Shown here piece after piece: positions 1 through 12,916 of a stretch of 64,000 nucleotides of DNA. Position 1 is the first letter of the stretch. Every line of letters starts with the position of its first letter. The notes below the pieces were generated by a model. That model had not been told where the DNA came from, made no database searches, and saw only the letters and a program-made list of their open reading frames with translations. The position numbers and the translations under genes are program-made. The stretch is taken from the NCBI GenBank assembly GCA_964187785.1, contig OZ076409.1, positions 25,422,001-25,486,000 on the forward strand, written 5' to 3'. Source of the DNA: Amphiscolops sp. MND2022 (lineage: Eukaryota).

Positions 1-1516
1 CAAAAAACTGGCAACATTTTTTAAATGTCTAATTTCTCTACGAATAATTGCCACAGCTCAAATCGGTTTTCTGCTCCTGAAAGCCTTTTACCTAAGCGTT
101 CATATGCACTCTAGTGAGGCTGGGAGTTGGCGTTACTTTTTGGAGTGAGAGCGCCACCCCGGCTTCGCCTGGCCTTTCAAATGCCGGTCGAACTCTTAGC
201 TGAAGCTTCATCGAAAAAAACTTCTATATGCGTTTTCATTGGTGGCAAACTGTGTTACTAGAGTGCTGTTTTTGAGAAAAAACTATTTTCCTGAAATTGT
301 TTTTCAAATAATCACCTTTTTCCAGTTACTTTTTTGCCGGTGGTTCGAAAAACAAACTCTATTGACTCAAATAACACTTCGCCACAAATATTCCAATAGA
401 TTGTTGATAAGAAAGACAAACTTTCGTTTTCCTATATGCTTTTTGTGTTTCGTAATTTTTTATTGATTGTGAGAAAAATCGCTGTCCTCATTTGAGGACG
501 AAATCGCTAACGAGGATAAAAAAGAAACGGCAGCACATTCCATAGTGTCCAAAATATTGGCGGTTTTTCCATTACTCTTCAGTTTTTTACCACTGGGATG
601 ATGAATTTTTCAATTTTTAATCATGCTAAAAGCACTAAAGAATTCTTCTTTTAAAACACTAAAACGACAAACGTTTCAACCACGAAAGGAAAATGGTGCA
701 GAGAAGTTGGTAGGTTAGGGTTGCTTTTTGTTATTTTTGTGTTGGTCTGACCCATTTCTACGAGCTAGTTTTATCAGTTTGATTTTTAGTCGGAGCCAGT
801 AAAGACAAAAATCACCCCACTATTCCAGCTGGACTAGTGGTTACAGCGCTGGCTTCTAATTCAGTGGAACGGAGTTCATTTGCTTTTCGGGCTCAGTATT
901 AATTTACGTTCCCACTTATTTATAAAACCAAATGGTTCTCCCATTGGTTTTCTGACCAGCTCTGTTCAAAAATTTTCTATTTCACCATTTTGTTGCTTTT
1001 TGGAAAGTTTTTGTTTACTTTTCATGATGTGTTTGAATAAAAAAAATTTCGAAGCCCAAAAGGATCTACTATGAAGTTTTCGACAATGTGAGTTTTTTTT
1101 CAAAAATTCAAAAAATGCATAGAAACCACCCAGAGCAAATATAAGACTACTCTGAGTTTTTGAGCATTAAGCGGCGCTCAGACTTTGAACTTTTCTCGGC
1201 TTGCTGGTTCAACGTGGTAATATTTCTATAAATAATACTGCCATAATAAAGAATAATCAAAATGACTCTCCGCGGGAATACCGTGCTTTCAGCATGCATG
1301 AAAGTAAGTTTTCCCCACTGACCTTTACACTAGTCAAGCAAAGTTAATTTTTGAAGAAAAAGAGACACTAAGGGTTTCTTGTTCACCCCTAAAGAACCGG
1401 TACACTTGGGGAAAACCGGTTTCTCTATTTCAAAATTTTCTAGAGTCAGGAAAACGTAATACACGAAAAAAACCTTCATGTCAAAGAACTTTCTGCAGAA
1501 TAGTCAATTTTACCAT

Positions 1517-1734
1517 TGTGAAAGGCAAAGGTCAAACTGCCACCTTCTACCGAAATTGATCCAGACAGAGAGTTGTTTAAATTGTTTGTAAACAAACTCT
1601 ATCTAATTAGATTTCTGTCTATTTTATGTTTTTTATACGATGTTGATACCATAGTTCGATGAACCACGATGGAATACAGTCGAAAAGATATTTACAGACC
1701 ATATCGTTCTAACCATAGATTAGAGAACTTAACA
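1517..1734 (+). repeat. 5' LTR of degenerate Gypsy element
   Basis: Starts TGTG, ends AACA, followed by tggcgc at 1735. Aligns by eye to 4681-4901 (aaggtcaaac...caccttctaccgaa...ccatatcgtt...aaccatagattaga). Confidence 0.88.
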
Positions 1735-1819
1735 TGGCGCAAAAGGCAAGATTTGCATTTCCTTTATATTGTGTAAAATCTTTTTATCAATAAACCAACC
1801 ACCCATGGCTACAGCAACC

Positions 1820-3950
1820 AACGTAGAGCTACGGTATTCGGAGGACACGGATTCAGTTCTAACAAAATTAGAAAATGAAGGCTACAGAGCTAGTAAAAAG
1901 AAATCAAAATTCTACCAGAAAAACACTATATGACTGGGACATACATTTTGGCAAGATGGAATTAGATCAAAGAAAAAAGACGGACGCCATCAAAAACCTA
2001 AATCCACCAATGATTTCCAAAACACTGAAATCTTTTCCTGGAGTAATACAAAATTTCGCAAAAATCATACGAAATCTATCCGAAAAGACGGACAACATGA
2101 AACAGTTATTAAAAAAGGAACAAAATGGATTTGGATGGCAGAGCGGAATGCAGCTTTCAACAACCTAAAAAGAGAACTTACGCCACAACTGTGTTTAGCT
2201 CATTACAGTGTCAACAAAGTGGAACGCAGATTTCAACAACCTAAGCAGAGAACTTACGTCAGAACTGTGTTTTAGCTCATTACAGTGGCAACAGTGAACT
2301 GAAACCCATAGCTTTTGCCAGTCGTTGATTGAAAAATGCCGGAAATTTATTCCGTCGGGAAAGTGGATGTGCCAGCAGTTTCTTGGGTCTTGGATAGATT
2401 AAACCATTTCGGATATATTCTGAAAGACACAGCCGGTAAAGAAATCAAATTCACCAGTTTCGTTTGCCGTAACCCAACAAAACGCGGACTTAAAAGTCAT
2501 TTTCGAAGAAGTATTCGTCATCAACGCCAACACGCATTTTGCAACGGTAAGTGGTCGCATTGGACCAATTTTGAACCAATCAGAATGCGGGACGCGGAAA
2601 AGCCGGTAAACATACGCACGCGCCAGTAGATACGCGCAACTGCCAAACAATCAGTCACCATTCGCATTCAAGTTTCACTGCTAATTAGATCAAAACCGCA
2701 GACATTCACTGTCCTGCTCATTTTCAACACAAATTGAACGATAACAACATTAATAGTAAACCCAATTGAGATGTCATAGGGGCGCAGTCGACCAGTCACT
2801 GATCATTGGGTTGCAATTGCATAAAACACGACAGACGGAGCGAGGAAATAGCTGTCCACTATAAACCACTGTACACAGATAAACAGGGTAATCGAGAAGG
2901 ATGCAATCAGCAATCGACAACAAGAAGATAACATTTGATCCGTCCAGCTGTATTTCATGCACGACATGGAAATCCGTATCAAAGAAACGGCGGCAGACAC
3001 AGACTCGATCGAATTTCAATGTTGCCTTTAAGACAACAATATGCAACACATCCCCGAAGACTACACACAGTTGGCAAAGAATTTCACGCACTGCTCGAGA
3101 ATAACGATGGTCGAGACCCGGATCAGCGTCCCAAAGAGACTGCGTTACGCCGCACTGAATGCTTTACGTTTTGGCCATCCAGGGATCAACAAGATGTGCA
3201 GCGATGCAGTAATCTTCTGGAGGCCAAACATGCTGTCCGACATACAGAAAAACGCAAAAACCTGCCCTCACTGTTTCTATGCTGTTGAGAATTTCAAATT
3301 TCAAATCCCTAGCGCCGAAAAATCAAAAATTGAAGCAACTAAAAATCCATCAGAATTTCAAATCAATTTCAGGGGAAATTAGATAAATATTCACCTCAAT
3401 TCTTTTTTTCATACTAGTCGCCGTAGGTAAAAATAGCCACTGGCCCGTTGCAAAACACTGAACAAACACCAACCACGACACGGTAATACCATTCCTACGT
3501 GATTACAAGAATGTATACGCGTACCTAAATTACTTAAATTGGACAAAAGTAGCGCGCGCGTCTTTCTCCGAAAAGAATATGAAAGACTTTGCAGTGAACA
3601 CAAAATAATCCGAAGATACTGTACGTCAAATCTACATACAGCCACGGGATTGGATGAAAGAGCTATCCAATCAATGAAAGTCTTGGTATATTTTGAAGAC
3701 AAACAAAAACTACGATAAAGCATCATATGTCTTTCGACTCACTACCCAATCGGAGACGAAGAAAACCCTCTTTGATCTACATTTTGGACGAAAATGCAGA
3801 ACCAAATTATCTAACGTGAAAAATACTGTTTTTGTTGATTCAAAACAATTGTCGGTCTATATCACATGCAATTCAGCAGGGAAATAACGCACCATATGGT
3901 GATGTCAGAAAAGAAATCATTGATCTGAAGCATCGCCTGAAAAAGAGGCA
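1820..3950 (+). pseudogene. pol remnants (RT C-terminus/RNaseH, integrase) of degenerate Gypsy
   Basis: LKSFPGVIQNFAKIIRNLSEKTDNMKQLLKKE parallels LKSFLGSIQHLAKFINNLSKKTDRMRSLLKKE in the 15.4-kb element. HPGINKM...CPHC integrase Zn-binding motif at 3041-3382. Many stops and frameshifts. Confidence 0.85.
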
Positions 3951-4680
3951 GCAAAATTGATAAAAAACCGCTTACTCCAATCATCGGAAATGAACACACC
4001 GTAACGGACGATGAAAACAAAATTACACAAAGGAAAGTATTATCTAACCCAATACCCTTTCCAAACGCAGTTACACCGACAAAACGGATCAGCACAAGAA
4101 CGACGACGACAACGACAACAGACCGCGGCGCCCGGAAAATACTGAAAACAGAACAAGCAGACTGGTTGAAGAGAAAGGAACAACCCCGAAACGAGAAAGA
4201 CCAGTTTACAAGTCCCGACAAATCGGCAAACATCCCATGAACCTCAACTTGAGCATGATGTCAGAGGACGAAGACTGGGAATGCTACAACACTAACGGTG
4301 GAAAGCACGTCCACACCAACATCGACGACGAAGTTCAACTTTTGCCGAAGGAAACTAACCGACACTAACCGCGGAGACAGGTATAAACACAGAAAAACTA
4401 ACGAACCTCACCAAACGGTGAGAAAGTCGAAAAGATTACCTTACTCAAAGTAAACCGAAAAATAGGCGGCGTACCATACTATACCAGTAAATATAAAATA
4501 GAAAACAGATAACCGTTGTATTTTACAGGATAACCAGAGCAACCAACCACAGACATACAAATGCGGTGATCTGGAAAACTGTAAAATACGGACAATACTT
4601 GAGAAGTTTCTGCCAAACTGTGAAATACGGAATCACAACCTCAAACAAGCCCGCACAACCGATTTCATCCGGAGGGGGAA

Positions 4681-4901
4681 TTTGAAGTGCAAAGGTCAAA
4701 CGGTCACCTTCTACCGAAGTTGATCCATACAGAGGGTTGTTTAAATTATTTGTAAACACTCTAATAAGATTTCTGGTTAATTTATGTTACTTCATACGAT
4801 GTTTTTACTTTGATACCCTAGTTCGTTAAACCACGATAGAATACAGTCGAAGAGTTAATTGCATACCATATCGTTTTAACCATAGATTAGATATCCTTAG
4901 G
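4681..4901 (+). repeat. 3' LTR of degenerate Gypsy element
   Basis: Follows the polypurine tract at 4671-4680; diverged copy of 1517-1734. Confidence 0.85.
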
Positions 4902-6201
4902 CTAGATAAAAAAAGTTGAAATCTTGATTTCCATAAAAAATTAAAAACTTTTAATTGTGAGTAATGAGTACAATTTCAGATCATTGAAGTAAGTTCTATT
5001 GCAGTACGTTTGGAAGAATAGAAGCTCTACATTAGATAACAGTTACTGATCAACTAACTTGGAGAACATTTGTTTTTTATGTGAAAAAATGTTTTCGAAC
5101 TGAATCAATGGACCTGAAGAAATTCAATATGATAGAAGTTGGGCAAATAAGGGTTTATTCGAATGCGCTGTTCTAGATGTTCGAAGACCGATTTTTTATA
5201 CGCATTTTTTACACATTGCATTTTGATGCAATAAAGGAAAGTATCTTAAGACGTATCCTAATTTTTTTACCAGGACATTGCGTCAAATTGTTTCTGACTA
5301 AATTTTAAACTCAATTACTAAGCTACCATCCATTCGTGTATAATTACTAAGCTACCATTCAATGGTGTATACCAACCAATATGCGCGAGTTGCCAGCCAG
5401 TAAATGTAAAAATGTTTAGAAAATGTGAAAAAAGTGTAGAATTGGATTTTTTTCAAGGAAGTACGGAAAGTAGGGAAAATCTGGAAGCTGAATTATTTTT
5501 GAAATTTGTCTCAACGACTGATTATTAGAGCAACGAAAGAAGACTGTCAAACATAAACGGATTTTAGGCTGCTTCCTGGACTTCATCTAAGCTTTCTTTC
5601 AGTTGGCGGTTGATTAGTTTCTAACTTTTCTGAGCTGAATAGGCCAGAGTTCAAAGCATTGTATAACACATTAGGTGGGATTTGAATCAATTGCAACTCG
5701 CGGCTAACGGTTAAAAGCTCGACCAGAAAGTAGCGTAGGATTCATTTTCACGGCTGGAAAGCTATCGTAACAAAGAGACGGAACGGATTAAAAATGTGTC
5801 TTCAAAAGAACTTGATGAATTGAAATCTGAAAAAATTGGGCGAGTTTTTTGGATAGTATCTGAAAGACGCTATGAAAGATTTCCTCGGAAGGTAAAGAAC
5901 CAACTTCATGGATAACAAATGCCTCTAAGTATATTTTTTCAAAGCTTCTCTGAATCTGAAACGAAATAAAAAGTGTGGAATTTGGGCTGAAAGCTTTCTC
6001 TAGATACGTCTGTGGCACTAAAACTCTTTTGGATAAAAATCGATTGCTAAAATAATAAGCCAGGTGTTTGAGATGAATTTGTTGATAAGGTAGCTCTAAT
6101 TTTAATTGAGCAACTTTGTAGCAACATGAGCAACAGGCGCTTAACTGAATACACTACAATGCCCAGATTAACTTCATTCAGGATTATTTCACTCTCCCTT
6201 C

Positions 6202-6306
6202 AGTAGTATATGAATTGCTGATCCTGGCCAGCCGGACCATCAAAATTAAGCATATTTTCAAGGCAAACCATCAAAACCTAGCGTTTTTTCATAACTGAAA
6301 AAATTA
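6202..6306 (+). repeat. Left terminal inverted repeat of Polinton
   Basis: agtagtatatgaattgctgatcctggccagcc...caaaattaagcatattttcaaggcaaa...tagcgttttttc is the reverse complement of ~13550-13654. Confidence 0.95.
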
Positions 6307-6727
6307 ATAACTTTTTGGTATGGAGGATGAGAATGCGAAAAAAATTTTCAATGCAATAATATTAAAATTTCTTGTAAAGCTCACAGCAAAGAAAAAATAC
6401 CAGACAGTGTACCAGACAGAGCTGTCTAGTATTTTCTAATACCCGACAGAGCTGTCTAGTATTTTCCAATACCAGATAGAGATGGTTCAGTATTGAATTC
6501 AGTATTGTTTGATACGTTTTCAACAGCCAGTTCATGAAAAAATAACTGTTAAATGAAACATGCGAAGCGAACGAAGTTGTATGCGAAGCCAGTGTATTTA
6601 TCATTCAATGAATATGTTGAAAAAATTAAAAAACCTCAAATCCACAAAAGAAATATTTTTCACTTATTTCATGAAAAATATTTATTGAAAAATTTTAATT
6701 AAACTAATTTTTCTTTAATAAAAAGGA

Positions 6728-8706
6728 ATGTAAAATTGTAGAGTTTGTAATTTAAAATTTAAAAATCCTTCAAATCCGATCATTATAACTCAGTAAAACA
6801 TCTTGAAAAATAAAATCAAATATATTGTAAAAAATGTAATTTATACATGCCTCTATCAGATAAAGATTCACATTTAAGTTCAAATGATCACAGGAACAAA
6901 ACTAAACAATTACATGTTTGGTGTGAAGGTTGTGTAAAATATATATCTGATGAAACAACACACTTCCAAAGTGAAATTCGTTTACAGAAAAATCAACAAA
7001 GAAATTTTAGTGATTATGGTATGCGAAGCACCTCTGGTGTAAAAATAATGTGAAAGAAAAAACATAAATGAAATATGGATATATACTAAATAATTGTGAA
7101 TGAAAAAACATATACGAAATATGGATATATAAATAAATCCAAATATGAATACGCAGAGCGCCTACAGTAATCTTGATTATCACATAAATGAATTACTTAG
7201 TAAAAATTTTTGTTCCCGATATAATTGTCAATTGAGTTTTTTCGCTAAGGTCACAAAACACAACAACGGAAAAGAACACATGATTCACAAGTGGGTAAAA
7301 TCAGACTTTAATTATAATCACTCTATTGATTTTTATTCAAATAATAACACATTAATACAAAACCTAGACGACGAATAAATAGAAAGATCAGGTTTTCAAA
7401 TTCAAGAAATAGAAGAAGCTGTATTAGAAATATATAAAGTTAATGATATTCAAGCTAGTTTTTATGTTGAGTTACCAGAAAGTTATAAAAACAGTTAATC
7501 AATTTTAAATTTTAAAAATAATGATCAATTATGTTTTTCATGGTGTATCATAGCTCATCTTCACCCGGTTGAGGATCATAAAAATAGAACTTCAAATAAT
7601 GTTAAGTATATGCATACGTTGCATACCGAAGCCTTAGAATTCCCTATGAAAGTTAAAGATATACCTAAGTTCGAAAAAATGAATCCTAGAACTATAAATG
7701 TAATTGAACTCACTGGAACAGTTTTAACACCAATCCACATAAATACAAACTATGATTAACCACAAATAGTATTGTTATGGTCTGAAAATCACTATTGCCT
7801 AATAAAGTTGCATTGTCTAATAAATAAACATTCATACATGAAACATGTATGTAGATGTTTAACAGCATTCAGTTCACAACCGGTTCTAATTGATCATTTA
7901 GATCGTTGTCAAAAACAAAAAACAACCTATATCGCATTCAGTTGGAAGGATCACCCAAAGTTTGAAGACCACCACATGTAAGTTCCTATACCAGAAAGAG
8001 TATATGCAGATTTTAAATGTTTCGATCAACCCCAAAATACAGCAAAGCTGGCTTCGCATGCCGAACCGCATGACCCAAATAATCCCAACGTGTTGTTTAA
8101 ACAAATTCCAATTGCAGTAGGATTTTATCTTATTTCACAATTTGGAAATCAGTATTACTCATACTTCGGCGACGGTTGTGTAAAATGGTTTGTAAATGAA
8201 ATGTTGACACTAGAAAAACTTGCAAATACCTATTTCCAAACAAACTTAGAATTACAAATAACTCCTCAAGAAGAAGAATCATTTTAACTTGCAGAAGAGT
8301 GATGGCTTTGCGAAGAATCTTTTGATTCACTTACACAAAATACTAAAGTAAGAGACCACGATCATCTTACTGGACATTACCGAGGAGCAGCCCATTCTAA
8401 ATGTAACATAAATGTAAAACAAAAACAATCAAGTTTTATTCCAATATTTTTTCCTAACTTTTTTGGGTATGATTGTCATATTTTATTTGAACAGCTCTTA
8501 ACACAAGCTTTCAAAAAATTCCAAAGTCAATGGAAAATTATGTTAATGTACAAGTAGGTTGTTTAAGGTTTCCAGATTCATACCGTTTTTTAAGTAGTAG
8601 CTTGGATAACTTTGTTAGGAGTATAAACAGTTTCCCAATAATGCAAAGTGCCTTTGGAATGTATGAATTAACTAAAATGAAATTGGGTTATCCTTAAGAA
8701 TACTTT
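6728..8706 (+). pseudogene. Protein-primed family B DNA polymerase, N-terminal part only (Zn-finger-like, terminal-protein region, endonuclease VII-like insert, exonuclease start)
   Basis: Fragments NNDQLCFSWCIIAHLHP, LEFPMKVKDIPKFEKMN, KVRDHDHLTGHYRGAAHSKCN, IFFPNFFGYDCH (Exo II-like) and YP*EYF at ~8690. Sequence then becomes non-coding, with no polymerase palm motifs. Multiple stops and frameshifts. Confidence 0.85.
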
Positions 8707-8854
8707 TATTGGGTTTGATTTATTAGTTTTTCTGAGTAAAATCACTAAGCAAATTTATTAAGAGCACATATTTTCACTCGGTTTTGTTTTCTACACCTGA
8801 GAAGTTAAGCCCTTAGTGAATTTGCTCAGTGACTTATTGATTTTTTTGAAATAA

Positions 8855-9085
8855 ATGAAGTGTTTAATTTGTGATAAAAATAGCGAAACTTCGTTGTGTG
8901 ATGATTGTAGTAATAAAAAAGGGTGTAAGGACTGTAATGATTTGGAAACAGATTTTAGTAAGCATAAAAACAGTAAAATATATAGTACATGTACAGAATG
9001 TTCAATAAAAAAGCAAAATATGAATTTCGCAATGAGGAATTCAATAAAACATAATTATCAAAACATATCAAGAAGCTGCATTTAA
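8855..9085 (+). CDS. Small Cys-rich (four CxxC pairs) putative zinc-binding ORF of the Polinton; possibly the N-terminus of the ATPase gene
   Basis: CLIC, CDDC, CKDC, CTEC in a 76-aa ORF directly upstream of the ATPase. Confidence 0.5.
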   Translation: MKCLICDKNSETSLCDDCSNKKGCKDCNDLETDFSKHKNSKIYSTCTECSIKKQNMNFAMRNSIKHNYQNISRSCI

Positions 9086-9218
9086 ATGATACTAAAGTTA
9101 AAAATGTTTATAATGATGAAAATACTATAAAAAATAACAACAAAAGAATATAAATAATTATAGTGATGAAAAAATTATAATCAGCGATAATCATAATAAT
9201 GAAAATACTGAAGATGCT

Positions 9219-9818
9219 TTGCTGTCTAATAGAACATTAATAGTTGGTCCATCATTGTGTGGTAAGACCCATTTGTTAATAAACAAATTAGAAATAATGC
9301 TCTTGAATAACCCTAAAAAACAAATAAAAATAATAACTAGATCTCCGGAACAATACGAGAATACAGCTCTGCTGGCCTTCGGTATACAATTTGAAGACGT
9401 TTCAGTGAAAGACGATCTGGAAGATAGAACAATACACGATTTTCAAAACTGTTTTGTTGTGTTTGATGATATGTTGGATAGTAATAAAAAACTAATAGAT
9501 CCCTTTTTTACTAGGGGAAGACAGTGATTTAATTGTTAATTATTTATCACGGTCATATTTTGATTTACCTAAACGAACAATTAGAAACAATTCAAAAACA
9601 ATAATTTTACTTCAACAAACCTTGAAAGATATAGAGACATTGCTGGGTTTGATATGTCGTTTGATGAATTCAATGAAATATACAGAGAGGCATGGAAAGA
9701 AAAATATATTTATTTTTTAATGAACAGGTTGGAAAATAAAATTGGTAAAAAATATGGGATTTGTAATGAATCTAATCTGGAGTATAAAATATTTAATCCA
9801 CGAACTGATCCTTTCTAA
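9219..9818 (+). pseudogene. A32/FtsK-like genome-packaging ATPase
   Basis: Walker A RTLIVGPSLCGKTHLL, Walker B CFVVFDDML and FFTRGR Arg motif. After a frameshift: YLSRSYFDLPKRTIRNNS; stop TAA at 9816-9818. Confidence 0.9.
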
Positions 9819-10776
9819 CTGAAAAAGCCTGTGATGTTTTGGTGTTGATTTGTTGTAATACATTCATATTCCAGGAGTTTATCAATAACTGCTATGATTT
9901 GTTCACTAAGCATAGGATTATCATCACCTCCTATTTTTTCTAGCACGATTAACTTGAGTTGATCAGCAAGCTCATCTGGATCTGATGGAAGGAAAACAAA
10001 TTTTAATTCATTTCATAATTAGGATAGTTGATAAGGAATCTCTCGATATACATAGAGAATCAAATTTTTAATGAAATAATGTCGCTTTGATATTTTGTCT
10101 CAATAATTTATCTTATATTTCATTCAATTAAATAAATTATTAATTAGGTTCAAGTTTTGTGGTTGCGAGTCTAGCTGTGCAATACTTATAAAATATGAAA
10201 GATCCGGATCATTTAAAATATTCGTGTTACCATTCTGGTAGGTTAGTGTTGAACCTTTGACTTGTACTAGTTGCGGATTGTTGGGGTTAATTGTGAGTAA
10301 ATTTGAATAACCTTCTTCAGGTTCTAAACTATATTGACTTCTGTTTTTATCATTAAGCAAATTAGAAACTGTCCTAACTATACTAAAATTAACTGTATTT
10401 GATTTAACTAGGTTAGTAAGAACTTGATTATTACGATTTGTAATTTCATCATATTCTATTCTTTCTTTATTCGATTTCTGTGAATTTTTATTCAAAGCGT
10501 TACTCAATTCTCGTATTACTCTAGTTTGGCCTTGTATTGCTTGTGTTGTTGTTTGGGTAGAATCACGTAATGCTTGTATCTGCTTTCCAGATTCTAGCTC
10601 TGTTTGGTTTTGGCTTTGTTTCTGATTTTCAGTAATGGGTTCAAAAACTTCTTCCATGTTGTAATGAAAGTCTTGATTCCCAAGTTTCTCTTTCAATCTT
10701 TCTTGGCGGAGTAGAGATTTGTTTCTTGCAATGTTTTCAACTTTTCTAAATCATCAAGATTTTGAATTGAATACAT
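9815..10776 (-). pseudogene. Polinton-type ORF of unknown function (coiled-coil N-terminus, DPxEL..QLKL C-terminal motif)
   Basis: ORF 10124-10696 plus frameshifted ends. C-terminus LPSDPDELADQLKLIVLEKIGGDDNPMLSEQIIAVIDKLLEYECI resembles a motif I recall from Polinton accessory ORFs. Confidence 0.6.
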
Positions 10777-10829
10777 AATATATTTAGTATTCATAAGAAT
10801 TTTGAATTTAAATTTAATTATTGTGATTC

Positions 10830-11257
10830 ACTCAAATACAGGCCTTTAACCAGCAAACCTTAAAGTTTGTATAAACCATTTCCTTGATGAACAAACTTTA
10901 TAATACCAGGAGCAGTTGCAGCTATCAATCGAAGATTTTTACTAGCTGCTGCAGTTCCAATATTTGCTGCTATTTCGAGTGCTCTTCCAGGATTAATTAT
11001 TGTTTTTTTTCCGACACTTTTAGCAGATGTAGGTTTCGTAGGTGTTTAAAACAATCACCCAATCTTCCTGCTTGTATAGTTTGATCTGATACTATAAGTT
11101 ACCTATTTCTTTCACACGTTACACAAGTACCTCCAAATAGTTGAACTGGCATGCCAGTTTTTTTATTTTCAGTAATATCTCCACGAATATTTGTGGTAGC
11201 GGAACAATGTTTTCCACCAACACGATATGAAACATTTTTAAAATTACTAAAGCTCAT
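10830..11257 (-). pseudogene. Small Polinton ORF: Zn-ribbon-like N-terminus plus amphipathic LGDxFK segment (possible virion core/membrane-active protein)
   Basis: Manual translation: MSFSNFKNVSYRVGGKHCSAT...GTCVTCERNR*...QTIQAGRLGDCFKHL, frameshift, then NPGRALEIAANIGTAAAS...GNGLY. Function is inference only. Confidence 0.45.
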
Positions 11258-11332
11258 TTATTAGAAAAAGTTATTGATTTTTGTCAACTTCGCACAAACC
11301 TTTGGTTTGCAAAACTTTGGTTTGTATCAGAA

Positions 11333-12294
11333 TTAAATCTTAGCGATTTGAATTGTAAATGTTATTGTTTCGGAGTTTTAAATCAACCGGGCTATGATGC
11401 GTCCTCAAGGAAAAATTGAATATTATTCAGTCGTGTTTTGTTTATCTTTTTGTACAAAATAATATTGGGATCTTCTATAATTTCATATCCTGGAGGTGCT
11501 TCTAAAACAAAGTTTGTTCTCGTATACCATTAACATTTGAACCATCTACACTATCACACTTGAGATGAACTTTGTCTGTGGCTGTTATCATTACTGGTTT
11601 TTCTGATTTACGAGTTCCTTCTGAGTAGTCAGTGTTTAAAAATCCTAAAAAGTTGTTAAGTTCAGAATTGAAATGTATGCTAAAAGAAGTTATTGGAACT
11701 GATTTCATTGATATTGTGTCTGCTTGTATGTTAAGTTCAAAATCAAAATTAGAATCAGAAAGTATTTGTTCGATGGTATTATTTATATCAACTAATTTAA
11801 ATACTCCTGGTGTTTACTCAATTTCAAAGAAATCATTTTTAATTCCAAAATCAGGAATAATATTGGTTGTTTTGTCTTGAACAATTTGAATAATTATTTT
11901 CTTTAGTTGATCAAAATCTTTTCTAGTAAATTTCTTATTTTCAGAAGAACTATCAACTATAAAATTATTACTTGTTTTATACAGAGGTTTTATATAAACA
12001 CTCAACATTCATTACTAAATGAGTGTCAACGTTTAATGATTTGAGTTATTCATCTTTTAGAAGAATTTTGAGTTAATTGTTGATGGGAGTTTTTTTATAA
12101 ACTGGATTATATACTTCTAAACTTGTTACTCCCATCATCCATTGTTCTGGCAGCTCCAAGGGAACATCGGATGAAAAAGATTCTTTTTGTTTAGTCATTT
12201 TGCATTCTAGAGTTTCCTGAGGTTTTGAATGTGTTGACTCAACAAATTCTTGATTAGATTTTGCAATACTCAATATAAGATTCTTTTTTATCAA
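11333..12294 (-). pseudogene. Minor capsid (penton-like) protein of Polinton
   Basis: N-terminal PQETLECKMTK..VPLELPEQWMMGVTSLEVYN and C-terminal TDKVHLKCDSVDGSNVNGIRE..PPGYEIIEDPNIILYKKIN..IQFFLED..PVD match the Polinton minor-capsid pattern as I recall it. Frameshifted. Confidence 0.65.
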
Positions 12295-12393
12295 TAATTA
12301 CAAAATTTGATAGATCCATTTATTAAGAAAAAAAATTGTTTGAATCCAGTAGCGGATATGTTATTTATAAATTCTTGGTTGTGTTTTGATAAT

Positions 12394-12916
12394 TTATTTT
12401 GGAAAACTTTTCGGATTTTTTTTGTTATCTTTATTATTTTCAATCTCATGCGGGTCCAGCTTTGCTGTATTCGGATAATCTGGTTGTACCGGGGGGCAGC
12501 TTATTTGTATAATTTTGAATTGAGCTGAATAAGTTTTAATTTTTTCAATTTTTAAATTTAAATTTTGATGATATAGATTCAAAACTGCGTTTTTAAAACC
12601 TAAAGTTTGAGTGAGATATAACACATACAAACAATACGCTGCACAAAAACTATCATTTTTCTGAATTTGATATTCTGAAAAAAGACCTTTTTTTATTTGT
12701 TTCATTAAGTTTACTGGAGGTGGGCATCCATATTAACGAAATAATTTTGATTTGAATACATAACCCAATGTGTTCCTTTAGTTGAATGTAAGTTAACTAT
12801 TTCACAAGAATCATGAATATTTACTTCATTAAGTATTTCTTTCATTTTTACATTAGAACTTGCTTCATTTTCAATCCATATTTAGCAACAAAATCTTTGA
12901 ATGATAAATATTTCAT
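12394..12916 (-). pseudogene. Adenain-like cysteine maturation protease
   Basis: KGTHWVMY (catalytic His), YF..YGCPPP, and QIQKNDSFCAAYCLYVL (oxyanion Gln and catalytic Cys). Frameshifts at ~12735 and ~12870. Confidence 0.85.

Larger units (their letters stand above)
1517..4901 (+). mobile_element. Degenerate, internally deleted Gypsy/Ty3 LTR retrotransposon
   Basis: Two ~220-bp diverged direct repeats (1517-1734 and ~4681-4901). TGGCGC PBS follows the first, GGAGGGGGAA PPT (4671-4680) precedes the second. Broken RT-thumb/RNaseH and integrase fragments lie inside. No gag or protease remnant and no intact TSD seen. Confidence 0.9.

Noticed and set aside
828..882. tRNA-like fragments (also 33890-33950 and minus-strand 45295-45380, 45562-45620)
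   Set aside because: Only partial A- or B-box similarity and no complete cloverleaf; likely decayed tRNA-derived repeats, not tRNA genes.
2145..6480. Short local tandem duplications (~2150-2290, 5313-5371, 6412-6480)
   Set aside because: Two-copy slippage products with no further organisation.
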